Below, piece after piece: positions 10,205 through 23,551 of a stretch of 64,000 bases of DNA. A model generated the notes under the pieces. That model saw nothing but the letters and a program-made list of their open reading frames with translations, did not search any database and was not told the origin of the DNA. Numbering within the stretch: position 1 is the first letter of the stretch; every line of letters starts with the position of its first letter. The translations under genes and the position numbers were made by a program. Source of the stretch: Candidatus Endobugula sp. (GTDB lineage: Bacteria > Pseudomonadota > Gammaproteobacteria > Pseudomonadales > Cellvibrionaceae); assembly GCA_020628895.1 (NCBI GenBank), contig JAHDEM010000001.1, positions 28,868-92,867 on the forward strand, written 5' to 3'.

Positions 10205-10903
10205 CTATTTCCTGTCGTTAGTGATTACCCAATCAAATTCATCTAAATTGGCCACAAAATAGGACTCCTTTCTTCCCATTTTACTCTGGTCAGCAACCAG
10301 CATCTTTTTTTCACTGATGCCAATCATTGCTCGTTTTGCTGCCGCATCCCAGTCATCGGTGGCGGTAACACCATCTTGTTGATCTATTGCGCAGGCTCCC
10401 ATGACTAATAGGTCAACTCTATAAAGCTTAATAGCTTCTACGGTTGATGAGCTTTTGATGAGACGCTGTGAGCGATCCCATTCCCCACCGATGATAATAA
10501 GACGAATATCCTTTCTATCGCTAAGGCGTACAGCGATGTCTAAAGAGGTTGTGATAATGGTGAATGGACCAGGAGGGAGCCGTAAAGCGGTTTCTAACGT
10601 CGTATGGCCAGCGTCAAAAAAAATAACACTGTTTCCTGGCAGTAGCTGGCTCGCCTTGTGGGCAATTTCAGCCTTAGCGGTAGAAGCTATTTCTGTTCTC
10701 AAGTGTCTAGGCAGATTGGGGACATCTAAACTTACTGCTCCACCATGTGTTTTTTGTAAAAAGCCTTCCTCTGCCAAATAGTCTAAATCGCGTCTAACGG
10801 TGTCATCAGAAACTTTAAGTTGTTCTGATAAATCTCGCACTTTAACACGTCGATGCTCGGCTAGGATGGTGATAATTTTTTTGCGTCTATTTTCAATATT
10901 CAT
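10205..10903 (-). CDS. DeoR/GlpR-family transcriptional regulator
   Basis: VSDDTVRRDL, KTHGGA, FFDAGHTT, LVADQSK. Confidence 0.93.
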   Translation of the reverse strand: MNIENRRKKIITILAEHRRVKVRDLSEQLKVSDDTVRRDLDYLAEEGFLQKTHGGAVSLDVPNLPRHLRTEIASTAKAEIAHKASQLLPGNSVIFFDAGHTTLETALRLPPGPFTIITTSLDIAVRLSDRKDIRLIIIGGEWDRSQRLIKSSSTVEAIKLYRVDLLVMGACAIDQQDGVTATDDWDAAAKRAMIGISEKKMLVADQSKMGRKESYFVANLDEFDWVITNDRK

Positions 10904-11098
10904 GAGGTATTTATATCAAAAGAGCGATTTTTAAGCAAATTTAATATCATTTTTGCGGTTTTTGTTGATTTTTCAGCATTTAATCCGTATATTTTCCGCA
11001 TCAATAAAGCTTGGATTGCGTTTTTGCGGACTTTGGGAGTCTATAGCCGTATTAAGGGGCATATCAATTCAAGTATTGAGCAGTAGTGGAGAATAAAG

Positions 11099-12118
11099 AT
11101 GAGAAAAATCAATGTTGGTTTAATTGGTTATGGTATAGCTGGTGCGGTATTTCATGCCCCTTTGATTATGTCTGAACCTAAAATGTGTTTAAAGGAAGTC
11201 GTCACTAGCCGAGAGCTGAGTGATGAATTATCGGAAGTCAAAAAAGTATCTGACCCAATCGCAATGGTTCAGTCTCCTGAGATTGATTTAGTGGTGATAG
11301 CTTCACCCAATACCACCCATGTACCTTTAGCAAGAAAGGCGCTTTTAGCAGGGAAGGATGTTGTTATCGATAAACCCTTTACGATTACACTTGCGCAGGC
11401 GAATTCACTTATTGATCTGGCTGATGATCTAGGTAGGTTATTAACGGTATTCCATAACCGTCGATGGGACGGTAATTATTTGACGGTCTCTTCTTTACTA
11501 GAGGCAGGAAAAATACAAGATCTTAATTATTGTGAAATTCATTATGATCGTTTTCAACCCGTAGTAAAAAATGGTTGGCGTGATGAAGTGCAACCAGGCA
11601 GTGGTGTCTTTTTTGATCTAGGCCCCCACTTGATTGATCAAACTTTGGGTTTATTTGGTATGCCTGAACGTGTTATTGCGGATATTACGACTCAACGTGA
11701 GTCAGCCAATATTGATGACTATTTCCATTTACAAATGATTTACCCTGATAAACGTGTGGTATTACATGGCACTTGTTTGGCCTTCCATCAAGGCCCAAGG
11801 TTCTTAGCACATGGCTCAAATGCTAGTTTATTGCAGTATGGTATGGATGGCCAAGAGGATGCTCTTAAGGCCGGTGAAAGGCCTGGGGGTACGAATTGGG
11901 GCATGGCTGGCAATACAGTTGAAATTCACTCTAATAGCGGTGTTGAAACGATAGATTGTTTACCGGGTGCTTATGAGGAATATTATCGGTCGATTGCTGA
12001 CGCGATACTGGAAGGTAGTCAACCAGCTGTTTTAGCAACTGAGGCAAGAGATGTTATGAAGGTTCTGGAAGCCGCTCAACATAGCAGCATAGAGCGTAGA
12101 TCGGTCGCTATTGTTTAA
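11099..12118 (+). CDS. Gfo/Idh/MocA oxidoreductase (YdgJ/IolW-like)
   Basis: GLIGYG Rossmann fold, FHAP, VVIDKPF, FHNRRWD, DLGPHLIDQ. Confidence 0.9.
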   Translation: MRKINVGLIGYGIAGAVFHAPLIMSEPKMCLKEVVTSRELSDELSEVKKVSDPIAMVQSPEIDLVVIASPNTTHVPLARKALLAGKDVVIDKPFTITLAQANSLIDLADDLGRLLTVFHNRRWDGNYLTVSSLLEAGKIQDLNYCEIHYDRFQPVVKNGWRDEVQPGSGVFFDLGPHLIDQTLGLFGMPERVIADITTQRESANIDDYFHLQMIYPDKRVVLHGTCLAFHQGPRFLAHGSNASLLQYGMDGQEDALKAGERPGGTNWGMAGNTVEIHSNSGVETIDCLPGAYEEYYRSIADAILEGSQPAVLATEARDVMKVLEAAQHSSIERRSVAIV

Positions 12119-12143
12119 TCATTATTGAGTAAGGGAAAAATGG

Positions 12144-12644
12144 ATGCTAGAAAATAAACAGCTCGCATTATCTCAGCTTAGTGTCGTGAAAGAGCAAGAA
12201 AAATACGCTATTTTTGATACCTTTAAGGAGCAAGAAGCGACAACTCTCGGACAGGCGCTTTTAATTCATGCACAGGAGGTGGTTGACCCTGTTGTTATTG
12301 ATATCAGAACACCTGATCGTATTTTATTTCATGCAGCACTTCCAGGTAGTACATCTGACAATGATTTTTGGGTAAAAAGAAAAAGCAATACCGTTTTTAG
12401 ATTTCATACCTCGTCTTTGCATATGGGGCTCAAATGCCTCCACCAGGAAGAAGATTTTAATCAACTGTATGCAATACCTTTGTCAGAATTTGCAGCTCAT
12501 GGTGGTAGTTTTCCTGTTAAAACAAAAGATAGTGGTGTAGTGGCAGCCATCACTGTATCGGGCTTGCCACAATTAGATGATCATGCCTTTGTTATCGATA
12601 TATTAAACCTTCAATATGGTTGGTCATTGCCTCAATTGGGATAA
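12144..12644 (+). CDS. Heme-degrading/GlcG-like domain protein (UPF0303 type)
   Basis: DNDFWVKRKSN, AAHGGSFP, VSGLPQLDDH. Confidence 0.82.
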   Translation: MLENKQLALSQLSVVKEQEKYAIFDTFKEQEATTLGQALLIHAQEVVDPVVIDIRTPDRILFHAALPGSTSDNDFWVKRKSNTVFRFHTSSLHMGLKCLHQEEDFNQLYAIPLSEFAAHGGSFPVKTKDSGVVAAITVSGLPQLDDHAFVIDILNLQYGWSLPQLG

Positions 12645-12689
12645 ATGTTATTGGTTTTATTTTTTGAAGGTCAGTGTAAACGTCTCTAT

Positions 12690-13880
12690 TTATGCTGGCC
12701 TTCCTTTTTCTATCCATGCAGATAAAATTTTCTCTTGAAATTCAGGGCGCTGGTGATATTCGCAAGCACCAATATGATTATCTCCAGAGGGTAACGGGGC
12801 AGATATCTGAATTGAATTTTCATGCTCAAAGCATCGATCATGTACCAAACAACTTTTTTTAACATATTTCCAAACGCAGTCTCTAAGAAACCACTGATCT
12901 ATGTTAGGTGTGTTGACAGTCCCTGGAGAATAGTTATTAAGTAATAGTTGAAGGTCGGGTAGAACATTTGCTACTCCTCCCCAAAGTCCAGCTAACATTA
13001 AATCGGTATGTGTCCACCAGTCGCGTATTACATGAAACCATTTTCCAGAATCTATCCACTGTTGAACGGCAATGTATTCTCTAATGCTAAATACTGAATC
13101 GACATCACGGATTAAAAAATATCCAACTTCAGGATGGTTTGCTACTTTAAAACGCCAACAAAGCTTCTCTTTGGCAGGTTGGTCGCTATTCTCAACAATT
13201 ACATTTCCACCTAGCTGCTCGATTATTTCTACAAAACCTGGGCTAACGCTATTGTCTAAGTAGAACCATAATTCCCAATCGGGATAAATGTCTGGTGCTA
13301 ATAATAAATTTCGCAAAGCACCAAAAATATAACGTTTTTCATTTCCCCATAAACTAAAAGCGATAACTTTTTTCTTATCTTTGATTATAGATTGGATGTT
13401 TTCATCAGGTAAATTCCATGCTTCGTGAAGAGTTCCAAATTTTTTGTCTTTGATAATCAGTGAGTTTTTACCTGCCTTTGATGCCTTGGTATATTCTTCA
13501 ATTTTGCTATAGTTACTTGCCAGAGAGTCCCAAGCAATGAAATTTTTAGGATCATCCTTTAAAAGTTTGGTTAAGTAAAAAATAGCATCTTTATATTCAC
13601 TAGATAGCGAAAGGCTTACAGCTAGATTAAGCAATGCCTCTTCATCGTCTGGATATGTTTCGTAGGCAATTTTAAAAATAACATGTGCTGACTTATAGTC
13701 TTTCAATAAGAATAAATAGTATCCTAGTTGTTTTAGTAATCCCTGTGGTTTTTTCTCTTTGAAAGAGTTAACTTTTTCAACAATAACTTTCATCGCATCG
13801 GTGATTTTTCCAGCTAACCATAGCTGATGAATGTCGCTGTCCCAATCTTCGGGAATTGTTTTTTGAATATGTTCAGTCAT
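12690..13880 (-). CDS. TPR-repeat protein with a C-terminal putative glycosyltransferase-like domain
   Basis: Helical TPR-like N-half (ALLNLAVSL, AWDSLASNY); C-half IAFSLWG...RY, WRF, RDVDS (DxD), FHVIRD, AGLWGG, DQWFL. Confidence 0.65.
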   Translation of the reverse strand: MTEHIQKTIPEDWDSDIHQLWLAGKITDAMKVIVEKVNSFKEKKPQGLLKQLGYYLFLLKDYKSAHVIFKIAYETYPDDEEALLNLAVSLSLSSEYKDAIFYLTKLLKDDPKNFIAWDSLASNYSKIEEYTKASKAGKNSLIIKDKKFGTLHEAWNLPDENIQSIIKDKKKVIAFSLWGNEKRYIFGALRNLLLAPDIYPDWELWFYLDNSVSPGFVEIIEQLGGNVIVENSDQPAKEKLCWRFKVANHPEVGYFLIRDVDSVFSIREYIAVQQWIDSGKWFHVIRDWWTHTDLMLAGLWGGVANVLPDLQLLLNNYSPGTVNTPNIDQWFLRDCVWKYVKKSCLVHDRCFEHENSIQISAPLPSGDNHIGACEYHQRPEFQEKILSAWIEKGRPA

Positions 13881-13895
13881 GATTTGATGCTTTCC

Positions 13896-14813
13896 CTAAC
13901 TTTTTTTGTTTGATTTTTTTCTTTTTTCTTTAAGAGCTTTTTTTTCAATCTGGATTTCTTTTACTTTTTTAATTTCTGCTTGAGTTATCTCGGGTGTTTC
14001 TAACGTTATTCTTCCTATGGAACCGTTGCGAAACTCGTGAAGTATAACTTCGCATACTTTATGCAAGTTAACCCTTCCTCCAGATTGTTTTGCCCCTCGT
14101 CTAAGTCCTATCTCTTCTAGCAATTCTATCGGGCTATTAGGTAGTGCATCAATATTATAACGTGCACAAAGGAGCTGAGGGTAAGTCGTTAGAAAATATT
14201 CTGCAGCATAAAATCCAATATCTTCATAATCTATAGCGGTATTTTTTATAGCGCCAGAAATAGCTAATCGGTAACCACTATTAGGGTTTTCAATTTTTGG
14301 CCATAGGATTCCGGGAGTATCATGTAAAATAATCTTATGTTCTAAATTAATTTTTTGTTGTCGTTTAGTGACAGCGGGCTCATTGCCCACTTTTGCAATT
14401 ATCTTACCTGCCAGTGTATTGATAATAGTTGATTTTCCAACATTAGGTATGCCAACAATCATCGCATTAATGGCTTTAAAGCTATTACTCTTTTCGTGAG
14501 CAATGTCATGACAAAGTGACATAATTTTACGAATTTTTTGAGGATCTTTTTGGTGGCAAACCAGCGTTTTGGTATTTTCTATAGCGCAGTAGTGGTCTTC
14601 CCATAAATGGGTTATGTCAGGATCAGCAAGATCGCATTTATTCAGCACAATAATAGTCGGTTTATCATGACGAAGTTCAGCAATAATTGGATTCTGGCTG
14701 CTATAAGGTAACCGTGCATCAACCACTTCGATCAGTACATCAACACTATTGAGTGTTTGCATAATTTCTTTACGGGCTTTATGCATATGACCCGGATACC
14801 AATTAATACTCAT
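13896..14813 (-). CDS. ylqF: Ribosome biogenesis GTPase YlqF/RbgA
   Basis: INWYPGHM, DARLP, circularly permuted order NKCDL, GIPNVGKS, DTPG. Confidence 0.96.
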   Translation of the reverse strand: MSINWYPGHMHKARKEIMQTLNSVDVLIEVVDARLPYSSQNPIIAELRHDKPTIIVLNKCDLADPDITHLWEDHYCAIENTKTLVCHQKDPQKIRKIMSLCHDIAHEKSNSFKAINAMIVGIPNVGKSTIINTLAGKIIAKVGNEPAVTKRQQKINLEHKIILHDTPGILWPKIENPNSGYRLAISGAIKNTAIDYEDIGFYAAEYFLTTYPQLLCARYNIDALPNSPIELLEEIGLRRGAKQSGGRVNLHKVCEVILHEFRNGSIGRITLETPEITQAEIKKVKEIQIEKKALKEKRKKSNKKS

Positions 14814-15011
14814 AGACTAGCAACATGGAATAATAACAAAAGTGAGAGCATACGCGAAAATAACCATTCTCGTAAGACATTAATAAGAAGTTATTGGAGT
14901 TGATGGCTTTTTAAGCCGCCGGTGTTACTGTATAGACAAAATACAAGTAGGTGTGCAGATGGGTTTGAGAGGGCGGCTAAATGCCGCCCTAGGGGTCGAT
15001 GAAACTGCTAA

Positions 15012-15392
15012 TCAGTAATTAGCAGCTTCATCAAAAGTTGAGCTATCCTCATGGCTCATAGTGTGTGGTCTTTGGCGTTGACGTTTTGCCTGTAATTGCT
15101 CGGCGTGAGACTTTAGCTTTCGTTCAGCTACATCAAACGCATCACGAACGGCAACATGAATAGAAGGGTCGTTTTGACTAATGGTGATAGGGCTACCCTT
15201 GATATCAATTTCCACCGTTGCCCTAAACTCTTTCCCCTTGTGTTTATGATTATGGGGTGAATCTAAAACGACTCGGCTATGCTGGATATCACTGCAGTAG
15301 CGTTCAAGCTTGTGTAAACGTTTGCTTATGATGGCATTCAGGGCTTCTGATGCATCAAGGTCACGATAAGTTACATTGCTTGCCATTGTCAT
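15012..15392 (-). CDS. HPF/RaiA (S30AE) family ribosome-associated protein
   Basis: S30AE fold pattern (SEALNAII, SRVVL, SIHVAVRDAFDVAERKL) with HNHKHKG loop. Confidence 0.85.
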   Translation of the reverse strand: MTMASNVTYRDLDASEALNAIISKRLHKLERYCSDIQHSRVVLDSPHNHKHKGKEFRATVEIDIKGSPITISQNDPSIHVAVRDAFDVAERKLKSHAEQLQAKRQRQRPHTMSHEDSSTFDEAANY

Positions 15393-15853
15393 AGGGTATA
15401 CCTCCTCATTAATGGATATTATCGGAAAATTTTTCTAGGTATTGTCTAGAGAGAAAGAAACGTATTAATGTGTGCAGTTCAACCAAATATAAGAAACGGA
15501 GAGAGAGACTAGAAGTGGTCAAAGTTCGAATAATCATGATTTAAATATCTGCTCTTACACGATAAATTTCAAGCATTATTTATGGCATGAATTACGCATA
15601 GGTTTTAAAACGTGGTAGAGCAAAAAAAGATCATGGTGTCGCTTTTTTAAACAGGTGTTCTCGCTAGAGCCTATAAACACTAGGGCAGAAAAAACCAACA
15701 CTTAGCTAGCAATCATTTTTTTAATAATACTTGGCACCGAAAATGATTGTTTTTATCACACAATATTCTATTAAAATTGTTTTTTTATAGTTTGGAATAG
15801 GTTTTTTTTGCCTAACCATTCTTATTGTTATTACACTTTCTAATGAAAGTGGC

Positions 15854-16840
15854 TTACTCTTCGTGAAATAACTTCGCTCTTACCGTTGTTCTGTATTGGC
15901 TGGGAGTTAGATCTAACTTTCTGCGGAAAAGGTAAGTAAAGTGGCTAACATCGTTGTAGCCTAATTTATCAGCAATATCGCCTATGCTTAAATTGCTCGA
16001 TTGTAGTAAATCTCTTGCCATAGTAATACGTGCATCTTGTATATATTGTAGCGGTGTCTTGCCCGTTGCTTCTTTGAAGCGGCGAGTAAAATTGCGCGGA
16101 CTCATACTAAATTGCTCGGCAAGATCTTGTATGGCTAATGTTTTACCTAGGTTATTTTTAATCCACATCTGCACCTGTAAAACTGACTCGTCAGAGTGGT
16201 TAATATTGCCATCTTCGAAATAGCTTACATGCTCGTAAGCGCGTCTTATTTCATGTGAGAAATGCCTTTCAACATGCTGTGCCACGGCCAAGTTAAAAAA
16301 CTGTCCGATAAAGTGTACGGTGAGATCAGCTAAAGAGTTAATGCTGGCAGCACAATAAATATTGGCTGACTGTGTTATGAAGTGTTGTCTCTTCAGTTTG
16401 ACTAGGGGGTACTGTTGTTGAAATTGATCAAAATAATACCAGTGAGTTGTTGCTGGTTTGTAGTCGAGTAAGCCTGCTTGCGCTATAAAGCAGCATCCTG
16501 TACCGACGCCACTAATAATGCTGCCGTTTTCGTAGTGATGTCTTAGCCATGGTGTTAACGCCGAATTTGCTTTTAGGGTGGGTCTCGGGTTTCTCCATAA
16601 TGCGGGCAAATAAATTAAGTGAGCGTCTAGACAGTCATCTAAGGTATGAGAGGGTGTCAACATAAAAGGGCTTTGGCATCGAACAGGGCGTTGCTCAACA
16701 GCAGTGGTTACTAGTTCAAAAGCCGCTTTCTCAGGGCATAAGGTTTTGGCAGCTTGATTGGCTGAGTTGAGCATATCGGCTGGCCAGCTGGAGCTGGTGG
16801 CTAACATTTGGTCGGTTAATACAAAAGCAACTTTATTCAT
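15854..16840 (-). CDS. GlxA-family AraC regulator (DJ-1/PfpI domain plus HTH)
   Basis: ATTHW motif, MSPRNFTRRFKEATG, LGYNDVSHF..LF; ATG at 16840 preferred. Confidence 0.9.
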   Translation of the reverse strand: MNKVAFVLTDQMLATSSSWPADMLNSANQAAKTLCPEKAAFELVTTAVEQRPVRCQSPFMLTPSHTLDDCLDAHLIYLPALWRNPRPTLKANSALTPWLRHHYENGSIISGVGTGCCFIAQAGLLDYKPATTHWYYFDQFQQQYPLVKLKRQHFITQSANIYCAASINSLADLTVHFIGQFFNLAVAQHVERHFSHEIRRAYEHVSYFEDGNINHSDESVLQVQMWIKNNLGKTLAIQDLAEQFSMSPRNFTRRFKEATGKTPLQYIQDARITMARDLLQSSNLSIGDIADKLGYNDVSHFTYLFRRKLDLTPSQYRTTVRAKLFHEE

Positions 16841-16979
16841 GGGCGCTACCAAATTCAGCAATGTTCTTTTTAAACTCAATTGTCTATTTTGGCATAATAT
16901 ATGGCCTAAATGCCATGTATTTTATGCTTTTAAGGTTCTAAACTACGAAGAATAAATTCATTTGATGTAGGTTAGTATC

Positions 16980-18896
16980 ATGGCTCGATTACCTGTTATT
17001 GTTGGTTTTGGTGGATATAATGCCGCTGGAAGAAGTTCATTTCACCAGTCTTATCAGCGTACAGTGATCGATTCGCTTCCGGATACCCAGCAACAGGAAA
17101 CGTTAGTGGGTTTGGCGGTTATGATGGGGCGAGTCACCTTTGATGAAGGCAGCTATAAAGACGCTGATGGAACGCCTATCTCGCCTAAAGATATTGTTGC
17201 TAAGTATAAAACAGAGCTCCTTGAAAACACCTTAGTTCGCCGTATCGGAAAAGAATATTTCGATGTTGACCGTGTGCCATCCAAGCAAAAAGTCTCCTTA
17301 TCTCAGCTGGATACCCAAACGGTAAGTTTTACACTTTCTAAGCGTAAGTTGCCCGCCAATATGCCAGATCATTGGGATGTTCAGGAGATGGATGATTCTC
17401 AAGTGACGATTACTGTAACAGGTGATTCATCTATTAGCGTTGATTCTCACTATGAGTCAACAGTAAAAGCTGCTGGGCAGCTACCAGAGGGATTCGACCC
17501 TGCTAATCTATATGCCTCGCGTTTTCATCCTAGGGGCTTACAGTTATCTATTGTGGGTGCCTCTGATGCGATTAATTCTATGGGAATTGAGTGGGAAACC
17601 TTATTACAGCACCTTTCTCCGGATCAGATTGGAGTTTATTCCACAAGCGTGATGAGCCAGTTAGATGAGCATGGTTTGGGTGGGTTATTACAAGCTCGAT
17701 TACGCTCGGAGCGTGTGACCACCAAGCAGTTGGCATTAGGGTTAAATTCCATGCCTGCAGATTTTATTAATGCCTATGTTTTAGGCAGCATGGGAACTAC
17801 AGGCAGCATTTCCGGTGCTTGTGCTAGCTTTTTGTACAACCTACAGGCGGGAATGGAAGATATTCGCTCTGGGCGACGCAGGGTTGTTGTTGTTGGTAGT
17901 AGTGAAGCCCCAATCACTCCAGAAATTATTGACGGTTATGCCACAATGAGCGCCTTAGGTACTGATGATAAATTATGCAAACTGGATGGTTTATCGCCTA
18001 AAGAGTCAGAGGCTGATCATCGTCGGGCGAGTAGACCTTTTGGTGAAAACTGTGGTTTTACTATTGCCGAGTCAACCCAGCAGGTTGTATTAATGGATGA
18101 TGCGCTAGCAGTAGAATTAGGGGCGAATATACACGGTGCTGTATTAGATGTGTTTGTGAATGCCGATGGCCATAAGAAGTCAATTTCTGCGCCGGGGCCC
18201 GGCAATTATCTCACTTTAGCAAAAGCGGTGGCATCAGCAAGAAACCTATTGGGAGATGAGGCCATTCGCTATCGTAGTTTTATTCAAGCCCATGGTTCGA
18301 GTACACCGCAAAATCGAGTCACAGAATCAGAGATTTTCGATCGAGTTGCGCAAGTATTTGGTATTGATCAGTGGCCAATTGCTGCTGTGAAGGCATATGT
18401 AGGCCATTCCATTGCAGCGGCCAGTGGTGATCAGTTAATTAATGCGTTGGGTGTTTTTAAACACGGCATTGTTCCTGGGATCAAAACCATTGATCAAATA
18501 GCAAGCGATGTGTTTTCGCAACGTCTACATATTCCTACAGATGATTTTATGCCAAGCGAAGTGCCCGATGTGGCTTTTTTAAACTCCAAAGGTTTTGGCG
18601 GCAACAATGCAACGGCCTCTATATTATCTCCACAGCAAACCCAAAAAATGCTTGTAGAGCGATATGGCCAATCACTGATGGAGCAATACAGGCAGCGGAA
18701 TATAGCTGTACAGTTGGCAGCGGAGCAATATAATCAGGCTGTACTGCAAGGAGATTACCGGGTTCGATATCATTTCGGTACGGGGATGATCGATGATAAA
18801 AATATCCACTTTGATAAAGAATCTATTGCAGTGCCGGGTTTCGGTAAAGAAATAGACTTGTCTAATGAAAACCTTTACAAAGATATGATTAAATAA
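16980..18896 (+). CDS. fabY: Beta-ketoacyl-ACP synthase of the FabY type
   Basis: LPVIVGFGGYNAAGRSSFH N-terminus, about 640 aa, catalytic GACAS / QAHGSST / GHS, NSKGFGGNN. Confidence 0.85.
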   Translation: MARLPVIVGFGGYNAAGRSSFHQSYQRTVIDSLPDTQQQETLVGLAVMMGRVTFDEGSYKDADGTPISPKDIVAKYKTELLENTLVRRIGKEYFDVDRVPSKQKVSLSQLDTQTVSFTLSKRKLPANMPDHWDVQEMDDSQVTITVTGDSSISVDSHYESTVKAAGQLPEGFDPANLYASRFHPRGLQLSIVGASDAINSMGIEWETLLQHLSPDQIGVYSTSVMSQLDEHGLGGLLQARLRSERVTTKQLALGLNSMPADFINAYVLGSMGTTGSISGACASFLYNLQAGMEDIRSGRRRVVVVGSSEAPITPEIIDGYATMSALGTDDKLCKLDGLSPKESEADHRRASRPFGENCGFTIAESTQQVVLMDDALAVELGANIHGAVLDVFVNADGHKKSISAPGPGNYLTLAKAVASARNLLGDEAIRYRSFIQAHGSSTPQNRVTESEIFDRVAQVFGIDQWPIAAVKAYVGHSIAAASGDQLINALGVFKHGIVPGIKTIDQIASDVFSQRLHIPTDDFMPSEVPDVAFLNSKGFGGNNATASILSPQQTQKMLVERYGQSLMEQYRQRNIAVQLAAEQYNQAVLQGDYRVRYHFGTGMIDDKNIHFDKESIAVPGFGKEIDLSNENLYKDMIK

Positions 18897-18956
18897 TAGA
18901 TTACACGCCTTTGTGATAATGTTTTATCAAATTTTAAACTTAGGCAGTGTAACCAT

Positions 18957-19499
18957 ATGTCAGACGAAATCTCCGTTCGCTTACAAAAAGTCAGAAAAAT
19001 TTATGGGCTATCTCAACGTGAGCTAGCAAAACGAGCGGGAGTGACAAATAGCAGTGTCTCAATGATAGAGCAGGGACGTGTTAGCCCTTCTTTGAGTTCT
19101 TTGGAAAAATTGCTAAAAGGTATTCCAATGAACCTAAGAGACTTTTTTAGCATTAATTTTGACGATCATTCTGATTGTTTTTTTCGTGGCTACCAAATGT
19201 TTTCCCGTAGCGATAAGCATATTGATTACTACCGTTTAGCAAAAGATCAAGAGGATTCACGAAGTCACTTAAGTTATGAAGTCTATGGACCTGGCAGTGA
19301 TACCGGTGAAAGCATGTTGGTTGATCCTGGTCGTGCTAGTGGCTTTGTTGTTCAGGGTTCTTTAGAAGTCATTATTAATAGTCAATTAGAAGCCTTAGAG
19401 GCTGGTGATGGTTTTATCGTTGAAGCCGGTCACCCGTACCGTTTTCGTAATGTTACAGATACAAAAGCGATATTGATTATCAATCGTTGCCCTCATTAA
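18957..19499 (+). CDS. XRE-HTH plus cupin regulator (PuuR/PauR-like)
   Basis: GLSQRELAKRAGVTNSSVSMIEQGRVSPS; C-terminal cupin (LEAGDG, RFRN). Confidence 0.85.
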   Translation: MSDEISVRLQKVRKIYGLSQRELAKRAGVTNSSVSMIEQGRVSPSLSSLEKLLKGIPMNLRDFFSINFDDHSDCFFRGYQMFSRSDKHIDYYRLAKDQEDSRSHLSYEVYGPGSDTGESMLVDPGRASGFVVQGSLEVIINSQLEALEAGDGFIVEAGHPYRFRNVTDTKAILIINRCPH

Positions 19500-19709
19500 T
19501 TGAGTGGCAGTAACCCCTTCACTTAAAAACAGAATCTCGCTTTACATAATACATGATGCGATAAATGGTTCTGTAAGAGTGTTCTGTGTTTTTTACTCCG
19601 AATACTTAGACCCCCTTCAACATAAAAAATAATGTTTTTTTGAGCTACACTAATACCTAAAATCACAACAAATAACCATAATTCTTGATTATGGATTGCA
19701 TCTGAGGAC

Positions 19710-23085
<3,376 letters not shown>

Positions 23086-23136
23086 GTCTTATCTCGGAGC
23101 AACTAAAGTAATCTTATTGTTTTTTAATAACTTTTG

Positions 23137-23174
23137 TTGAACCCGATAGCCCACTGTGGCACAATGCCCACCGC
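23137..23174 (+). promoter_or_regulatory. Candidate sigma70 stable-RNA promoter for tRNA-Leu
   Basis: TTGAAC-17-CACAAT followed by GC-rich discriminator GCCCACCGC. Confidence 0.45.
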
Positions 23175-23323
23175 TTGAAAGGGCGCTATAAAAAAGAAGA
23201 TTTAATTTTATATTTAAATCAATAAGTTAGTAGCTTTTTTCGGTAATTATCATTATGATGCACGAAAAATTATAATGATCTATTTTGACTTCCATGTTGA
23301 AATAGTAAAACGATAGTAATATC

Positions 23324-23408
<85 letters not shown>

Positions 23409-23551
23409 TTTAATCAGTGTACATACTTCAGTACACGCTAATTACAAGGTAAGCAATAAGCTCACTGTCCCGCCAAAACCCTGTAGTCGAGACAGGTAAT
23501 TGATATTTCCTAGTTATTATAAGCAGATTCCTAAGAGGCAAAGAGAAAACC

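Noticed and set aside
15572-15747. Sigma54-like words near the HPF gene (TGCCATAAATAATGCT on minus; TGGCACCGAAAATGAT on plus)
   Set aside because: Each lacks one invariant dinucleotide (GG or GC), and the second points at no gene start
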